NCBI RefSeq assembly: GCF_001194135.2
Contig: NC_068984.1
Coordinates: 144,753,179 to 144,811,028, forward strand
Origin: Octopus bimaculoides
Lineage: Eukaryota
Direction: 5' to 3'
DNA length: 57,850 nt
Shown: positions 49,543 through 57,850 of the stretch, one piece after another
Layout: every line of letters starts with the position of its first letter
Position numbering within the stretch: the stretch's first letter is position 1
Program-made: the position numbers and the translations under genes
Notes under the pieces: generated by a model
What the model was told of the DNA's origin: nothing
Seen by the model: only the letters and a program-made list of their open reading frames with translations
Database searches by the model: none

Positions 49543-51848
49543 GGGTATTGGGTTTGTGCGTGTTCATCATCATCGTTTAACGTCCACCTTCCATGCTGGC
49601 ATGGGTGGGACGGTTTGACAGGAGCCGGCCAGGCAGAAGCCTGCACCAGACTTCTGTAACTGTTTTGGCAGGATTTTTACAGCTGGATGCCCTTCCAAAT
49701 GCCAACCACTTTACAATGTGGACTGGGTGCTTTTTTAAGTGGCACTTACACTGACAGGGTCATCAAGTACCTTGCAAGATAAAGAAAAAAGAGGGGTGTG
49801 ATTCTTGTAATGTGTGGCCACGTTACTCAGCCACTGATGAAAGTCTCCTCATCTCCACAGCAGACTTTGCAGAAGTGGACAATGGAGACAAAGTGACGAG
49901 TTCATTATGGGACGGCAACCAAAGTAGCATTGCATGACAAAACAAACAACACCGATAATAATCATTTGTACAAAAGGCAGAAGGCCTGAATTTTGGTGGG
50001 GAGGAGGCTTAGTCAACTACATCGACCCCCAGTTCTTGACTGGGACTTATTTTATCAACATGAAAGGCAAAGCTGACCTCAGTGGGAATTGAAATTAGAA
50101 CATAAAGATGGAGGGAATGCCGCTAAACATTTTTCCTAGCACAGTGATGATTCTGCTAGTTTTCTACCGTCAATAAAAAGCAATGATAATGCAGTGTGGC
50201 ATTTGACAAGTCTAGAGAGGAGTTGAGCCAATGAGGATATCTTTATATTGTCACACAACCATCAAAGGATAGCAGCCAAATCACATCCTATCATTTGAAA
50301 CAAGGACACAAATTGGATAAAGTCAAGAAGACATTTTATTTGTGGGTGGAAAGATGGGCTGATCATAGCTGGAATGCCATGGCATAGGGGGTTTGGTTTG
50401 TTAGGACAGATCTGAAGTTAAACAACTATAAATGAATGAAACAAGGAAACTGAATGCGATACATTCACATCATCATCATTATCTTCATTTAACATCTGTT
50501 TTCCATGCTGGCATGGATTGGACAGTTTGACAAAATCCAATCAGCCCCAAGGCTGCGTTGAGCTCTAATGTCAGTTTTGGCATGGCCTCTGTAGCTAGAT
50601 GCCCTTCCCAATGCCAACCACTTTACGGTGCACACTGTGTGCAGATTTCATGCGCTGGCGCTAGTGACTTCAAGTAAATTGTAGGATAAGGAAAAGTGCT
50701 CCACTTCAACTGTAGGGGGAGGAGTATTTGAATGGGGGGGGGTTATACCAGGTGTTGAAGGGCTAAAGTATAATAGAGGGACAAGCATCAGCTTCTTGCT
50801 ATAGAGAGGATACATGACACCCTGCCACCCCTTACATTATATAAGGGTGGGTGAGAGTAGCTGGAAGCCAGACATACATCATCAAACCATTTAGCAGTCC
50901 TTTGTAACTGCCCCACCCTCAGATCCCTTGACATCTAATCATCAAGCAATTCCTGAAATTAAAGTTATATGAAAGGGATAGATGAAAGGAGCACCAGCAG
51001 ACAAGGGCTTTGAATTGAGGATGAGGGGAACCAAACAGGAAATGGGGGGAACAGAGCTTGAACATTACCACTTAGACAACAATAGAGGATAGACGGTGTA
51101 GAGGGTGATGGTCATATGTGTGTGTATGTGGTGTTGAAGGTCAGCTGTTGTTATTTAACCTCAGTCCTGAAAGTGCAGACTCATCAAAAACATTTCCGCT
51201 GCCATCATCCTGTCTTTTCAGAGACATTCCACCATATTGTCCAATGCGACCTTCCATTTTTCTTTCTTTCTTATGGTTTTTTGCAAACCTTTAAGGATTT
51301 GATCCTGACTTGTTTCTAACAGATTGGATGGCCATGTATAGACCCCTTTGTTGACTTGTTGAAGGTGAATTCTTTTTTTGTGACATGTGTTAAAAGAGGT
51401 GGTGGTGGTGTCCACTGACTGTCTGTGTGTTCATATAGAATAGCAGGTAAAATATTGGGTTAAAAACCTTTTTCAAAAAAAAAAAGAAAGAAAAAAGTTC
51501 TCCAGTTAAAAAAACTATTTCACATCCCTCAGAGTCCCTAAATTCTAAATTCTTATATATGTATGCCTGTACGCATGTATACATACATACATGCATGCAT
51601 GCATGTATGTATGTATCACCATCGTTTAATGTCCACTTTCCCTGCTGGCATGGGTGGGACGGTTTGACAAGAGCCGGCCAGGCAGAAGCCTGCACCAGAC
51701 TCCTGTAACTGTTTTGGCAAAGTTTTTACAGCTGGATGCCCTTCCTTACACCAACCACTTTACAGAGTGCACTGGGTGTTTTTTTAAGTGGCACCTGCAC
51801 TGACAGGGTCACCAAGTACCTTGCAAGACAAAAAAAATGTACGTATGC

Positions 51849-51888
<40 letters not shown>

Positions 51889-52642
51889 TTATACATGTAT
51901 GTATGTATATATGTGTTGTTTAATCTCTCGGTCTGCACTAATAAAGCAGACAAACCTTTCTCATTGGAAGGCCACTCAAGCCATGACAACAATACCCTCC
52001 TTTATTCTGGAATAGTCTACCCCAGACTACATTATCTAATTTGCTCTTTTATAAGATGGTAGATAGAATGTGGTTTGAAGGAGATTTGGCCGTTATTTCT
52101 AGAAGGTCTAGCAACCATGTAGAGGTACCCTTACTGGGCTGTGACATGAATGGTGCACCAAGAACAATCACTAATTACCACTTGTAATTAGTATATAATT
52201 ACATTTTATTAGCTCACACTCTTTAACACGTCACCTCCACCAATACCAGTTCCACTGCAAACCATTTACCAGTGACCGCAACCATCACAATGCTCCACCA
52301 CGACTAACCATTCATCACCACCACCACCACCAGTGTAGGAAAATCTGACCTAAATTGCTGGACAAATTATCACTCTCTCTCTTTCTCTCTCACGTACAGA
52401 ATAAATCTATGTTGAAAACCCCTGCTCCTTGCAATTCCCTCCCATTCTGCCATCAATGATGACATTTCAATGTGACCTTTCTAGCTGGTACAATAGGAAT
52501 ATCTAATTATCTTGAGACAGAGAATGGACAGCAGGGAGGGGCAGGAAAGAGGGAGGGAGGGAGCATGTGTCTGTATCCCAGGCCATTCACAATCTATATT
52601 GGAGATGATAGTGTGGCATTTGTGTGTATATACACGTGTGCA

Positions 52643-52689
<47 letters not shown>

Positions 52690-52832
52690 CATCTATACAA
52701 ACACATACACACACATTTGAATGCCATAGAGAGAGAGAGAAAATGTGTGCGTGTTAGTTTCCAATAGAGATAACTGTAAGTATGTATGAAGAGGCAAAAT
52801 GTAACTGAATCTGTGGAGGGACAGATTTAAGG

Positions 52833-52867
<35 letters not shown>

Positions 52868-55109
52868 GCATGGGGTGGGTGGGTGATGAGAGAATTAGGG
52901 GGTAGGGTGTGTGTCTTTGTGAAGAGACAGTGTTATAGAGAGTAGGAAGTTTGTCAGTGTATATGTGTGTGTGTGGGGGGTTAGAGATGCTAGCATAGTA
53001 AATACTCCTGTAATTACTAATCAAGTAGTTGATTGCCCTTGTTTACGGCATCCTCCCCTTCACCTCACTCATTCCCAATCTGGATGAGGAGTGGGGAGAA
53101 GGGGGGGGGGTGAATGAAAGGGGAAAAAAAAGGAAAGATCATCTGTAGTGAGGAATAAAACTACAGAATCAACGATCACCCCCCCACCGCCACCAGAATA
53201 GAAGACAACTTCACAAAGAACCACCAACACCAGCTNNNNNNNNNNNNNNNNNNNNNNNNNNNNNNNNNNNNNNNNNNNNNNNNNNNNNNNNNNNNNNNNN
53301 NNNNNNNNNNNNNNNNNNNNNNNNNNNNNNNNNNNNNNNNNNNNNGTGTGTGTGTGTGTGTGTGTGTGTCCCACCACTGTTGGTTTGTTCACATCCCCTG
53401 TAACTTAGAAGTTTGGCAAAAGAGACTCATGGAATAAGTACCGGACTTAAAAACGATAAGTAATAAGGGCTGCTTTCTTTTACTGAGCCCTTCAATGAGG
53501 TGCTCCAGCATGGTAGCAGCCCAATGACAGAAGCCAATAAAAGATGACATATCCCACACACACACACACACACTGACTGTCTGTGAGAGTTTACACTTCA
53601 TTGTTGAATGCACAGGTGTGACAAAATTTATATAGAATGCATTTTTTTTATTGTCTTGCATGTACTTGGTGACCCTGTCAGTGCAGGTGTCACTTAAAAG
53701 CACCCAGTCCACACTGTAAAGTGGTTGGCATTTGGAAAACCATGCCAAAACTAACCTCGCCTGTGCTTGTGCCACTTAAAAAGTACTAAGTCCACCCTGC
53801 TGAGTGGTTGGTGTTAGGAAGGGTATCCAGCTGTAAAAACCCTGCCAAAACAGTTACAGAAGTCTGGTGCAGGCTTCTGTCAAACTGTCCCACCCATGCC
53901 AGCATGGAAGGCAGGTGTTAAATGATGGTGATGATGTATTGTGTATGAAAGGGAGGCATGCAACGTTATGATACCTGAATGGATGGTGACCGATATTCAA
54001 CAGAGGTGAAGCACAGAGTCAGAATCAAGCTGGATATCCAAACAACACTGTTTAACTGCCGTGGGTGGGGGAACTTATACGAAAGCAGTTTTTGACCTCC
54101 TTTCTGTGTCCCCTGGAGGTGGGCAAGGGTGGACATCACATAAAAAATATTTCCATGCTTTCTTCTTGTAATCTTATCTAATCGTTGCGTTGGTTGTTGT
54201 TGAGATCACATCAAATATTTACACGTTACCTTTGTAATCTTAACCTAATTGATTGTTCTTGTCTGACTGAGCAGACCTGAATCAAAGAAAGCTTTTCTAG
54301 CTGTGACCATATATGATAGCGTATGACTCGAGGGAACTTTGGCTTAATACATACTCCTTATATCAGTCATGTAATGGCAGGTATTTTATCATCAGTTCAG
54401 CATAGAAACTTACCTCATTTCCCAAATGTTATCAAAGCATGCATAGCTGTGTAGTCAAGATTTTCACTTAGTAACCATGTAGTTTTAGGTTCAGTCCTAC
54501 TATGCAGTACTTTTAGCAAAGGTTATCTACTATAGCCCTGGGCTGACCAATGCCTTTTGAATCGATTTGGTAGAGGGAAACTGTATGGAAGGCCATCAGA
54601 TGTATGTGTGGGCCCTGAAAGATTGTACAGGTTCAATGACTGGCCTCATAAAGAATAGAATTTCTGTGCCTGGCAAAACTAACTCTGCCTCCTTAGTCAA
54701 AAACATCTTCAAACTAAATTCAAATGTTTGATCATTGATTTGGCCCCCTCCCTACTGACCAGCTAAAGCCATCATCATCATCATTATTATGTCACCATTA
54801 TATATAGGTCCATAATTAAACCTGCTACCTTAATAGATCCCAAATATGGAGTTATTCAACATCAACGCATCACTCAAGGACATACCCATTCCACCAAAAA
54901 ATGTAGGAATAAAGTATGCAATTATAACATGCGTTTTCTCCATTCCTTAAATTCTTAACTATACTCAAATACCCAAAATTTCAAGGAGTTCCTGCCTTAA
55001 AAACAGGAACTAAACCATAGTTATTTTGTGTTCTTTGCTACATTGGTTTCTATTAACCCATTTATTCTATCAGAAGAATTTTTATTCATTAAGATAGAAG
55101 AAATACACA

Positions 55110-55146
<37 letters not shown>

Positions 55147-55233
55147 CCTGGTGTAGCCATCTGGTTTCACCAGTCCTCAGTCAAATCGTCCAACCCATGC
55201 TAGCATAGAAAACGGACGTTAAACGATGATGAT

Positions 55234-55264
<31 letters not shown>

Positions 55265-55592
55265 TGAAACATTGCTATTGGTCTGTTGCACTATCAGCTA
55301 TTCTTGTCAATGTTCCTGAGACTGCAATAGTAGGGGATGTCACCATTTTTATTCTCTGAGACAAGATGTACTCATCATACTATGTATTAGCCCTGTATTA
55401 ATTGTATTGTAGTGTATTGGGTCATGTAGCAAAGGGGGAATTTAATGGGGATTCTATCAAGGGCCACAACCAATATGGGAATTTGTCATGCACCTAGTAC
55501 ACCCACTTCCACCTTCAGGGTACATCCTGACAGGTCTGGAATAATGTTTGCCTCTCAAACCCTCTTTCGTGGGGCCGAAGAGATGATAGTCA

Positions 55593-55837
55593 AGTGACGA
55601 GGAAGTGAAAACTGTAGTGAAGTGGCTCAAAGAACAGTCAACAGAATTTTACGGGACAGGGGTACATGCTCTCATTCGAAGGTGGAACATTGCTATCGAG
55701 AGAAACGGTGATTATGTTGAGAAGTAGGGATGTGATCCACAGAGGACCAGCTTCATTTTGATGTATGATACATGTCTCTGTGTTGGTAATTATACCTGTC
55801 CTAAACAAAATGGCATTAGTTTTTGACTCACTCTCGT
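55593..55837 (+). mobile_element. Mariner 3' end: transposase C-terminus plus 3' TIR (a different family from 9809-10690)
   Basis: SDEEVKTVVKWLKEQSTEFYGTGVHALIRRWNIAIERNGDYVEK* (55593-55727) is a typical mariner C-terminus. It is followed by cattagtttttgactcactctcgt, the reverse of a TACGAGGGTGAGTCAAAAAGT-type TIR. Confidence 0.85.
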
Positions 55838-56693
55838 GAGTGTGTGTGTGTGTGTGNNNNNNNNNNNNNNNNNNNNNNNNNNNNNNNNNNNNNNNNNNNN
55901 NNNNNNNNNNNNNNNNNNNNNNNNNNNNNNNNNNNNNNNNNNNNNNNNNNNNNNNNNNNNNNNNNNNNNNNNNNNNNNNNNNNNNNNNNNNNNNNNNNNN
56001 NNNNNNNNNNNNNNNNNNNNNNNNNNNNNNNNNNNNNNNNNNNNNNNNNNNNNNNNNNNNNNNNNNNNNNNNNNNNNNNNNNNNNNNNNNNNNNNNNNNN
56101 NNNNNNNNNNNNNNNNNNNNNNNNNNNNNNNNNNNNNNNNNNNNNNNNNNNNNNNNNNNNNNNNNNNNNNNNNNNNNNNNNNNNNNNNNNNNNNNNNNNN
56201 NNNNNNNNNNNNNNNNNNNNNNNNNNNNNNNNNNNNNNNNNNNNNNNNNNNNNNNNNNNNNNNNNNNNNNNNNNNNNNNNNNNNNNNNNNNNNNNNNNNN
56301 NNNNNNNNNNNNNNNNNNNNNNNNNNNNNNNNNNNNNNNNNNNNNNNNNNNNNNNNNNNNNNNNNNNNNNNNNNNNNNNNNNNNNNNNNNNNNNNNNNNN
56401 NNNNNNNNNNNNNNNNNNNNNNNNNNNNNNNNNNNNNNNNNNNNNNNNNNNNNNNNNNNNNNNNNNNNNNNNNNNNNNNNNNNNNNNNNNNNNNNNNNNN
56501 NNNNGTTACCATTAAAGCTCTTCCTTTCCCTTCTCTGACCATTGAGGGGGTGGAATTTCAATGAATTAGGAATTTATCATGTACAGCATTCAGTAGACCC
56601 TGACTATCAAAAAGCTGCGAAGTGACAAGTTTGCTTCCCAATCTCATGGTTCCGGGTTCAGTCCCACTGCATAGTACCTTGGGCAAGTGTCTT

Positions 56694-56733
<40 letters not shown>

Positions 56734-57685
56734 ACCATTGCTTGGTAACTGGTGTTGGTGTGTTTACATCCCTGTAATTTAGCAGTTTGGCAAAAAGAGG
56801 CCAACAAGCTTTTAAAAAAAATAAAACAAGTACTGGCGTCAACTCATTCAGCTAATGTTCTTCAAGGCATAGCTGTGTGGTAAGGAAGTTGATTTCGGGT
56901 TCAATTCCACTGCACAGCACCTTGGGAAAATCTCTTCTACTATAGCCCTGGGCTAATCATGGCTAAAATGTCTGATCATTTGGTCTGCTGTGTCAAGGCT
57001 AAACAACAGTTACAAATGGTTAATAATTCTTTCCAATCTTTTCTATTCTAGGCAAAAGGCCCGAAATTTTTGGGGAGGTGACCAGTTGATTAGATCGACC
57101 CCAGTATGCAACTGGTACTTAATGCATCGACCTCGAAAGGATGAAAGGCAAAGTCGACCAACTCAGAATGTAGCAGCAGACGAAATACCACTAAGTATTT
57201 CGCTTGGCGTTCTAACGTTTCTACCAGCTCCCTATCACCTTTAATTCCTTCCAGTCTTGGCACAAAGCTGGCAATTTTGAGAAGTGGCAGGTTGGGTACA
57301 CAGACCCCAGTGTTCAACCGGTAGTTAGTTCATCGACTATGAAAGGATGAAAAGCAAGACCAATCTTGGTGGAATTTGAACTCAGAACAAANNNNNNNNN
57401 NATATATATATATATATATATCTCAGAGGTGTATGGTGACAGTTGTCGCAGGTCGTGCTACTGTGCTAAACCAGTTCCAATGCTAGAAGTTTTATTCAAA
57501 AATAACCATACCAACTTTAAGCTATTTCTATACATGACTTCAACTTGACTTAAAATAAATTTCTTCCTGAGTATGTATAATTAGATTTCGTAACAACTTA
57601 CGACCAGATTATATGATATTGGAATTATTAGAAAGAAAATTTACCATTTTTGGTGGGTGTGCAATATTATTTTAGCACACCCAGA

Positions 57686-57725
<40 letters not shown>

Positions 57726-57850
57726 TCCCTTGATATATAAACCAAAGACCTGATTGTTCTTTAGGTTGAAACACATTAATTCAACTGAAAAATTAATTTT
57801 AGTTTCTTGAAAGTATTTCCCTTTCCTAATGTCTGGGTTCCTAACACGTT

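Noticed and set aside
43836-56564. Long ORFs in the track spanning N runs or (AT)n/(AC)n tracts
   Set aside because: Artefacts of gaps and microsatellites, except the TM-encoding portion at 43821-43960.

Overview
AT-rich, microsatellite- and SINE-dense animal genomic DNA with about a dozen assembly gaps. The repeat landscape suggests a cephalopod, probably Octopus (inference, no search run). Most ORF-track entries are microsatellite or gap artefacts. The main content is a minus-strand spliced gene that I reconstructed by hand. Its exons are 43960-43821 (5' end lost in a gap), 32870-31801, 30527-30406, 28676-28565 and 27601-27221 (3' end runs into a gap). All four visible junctions are GT-AG and phase-compatible. 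The protein has one transmembrane helix, a juxtamembrane CxxC, and a long disordered acidic/Pro-rich tail with 13 YxxV/I/L motifs. That is the architecture of vertebrate raft transmembrane adaptors such as PAG1/Cbp. A candidate alternative first exon (37799-37684) would swap the TM helix for a Cys-Cys-Cys cluster in the same phase. Mobile elements include a decayed CR1/L2-group LINE, RTE LINE 3' ends, an R4/Dong-type endonuclease fragment in an (AAT)n tract, two mariner remnants, two hAT MITEs and several tRNA-derived SINE families. One SINE family has a tail whose consensus is a minimal, dimer-type hammerhead ribozyme.
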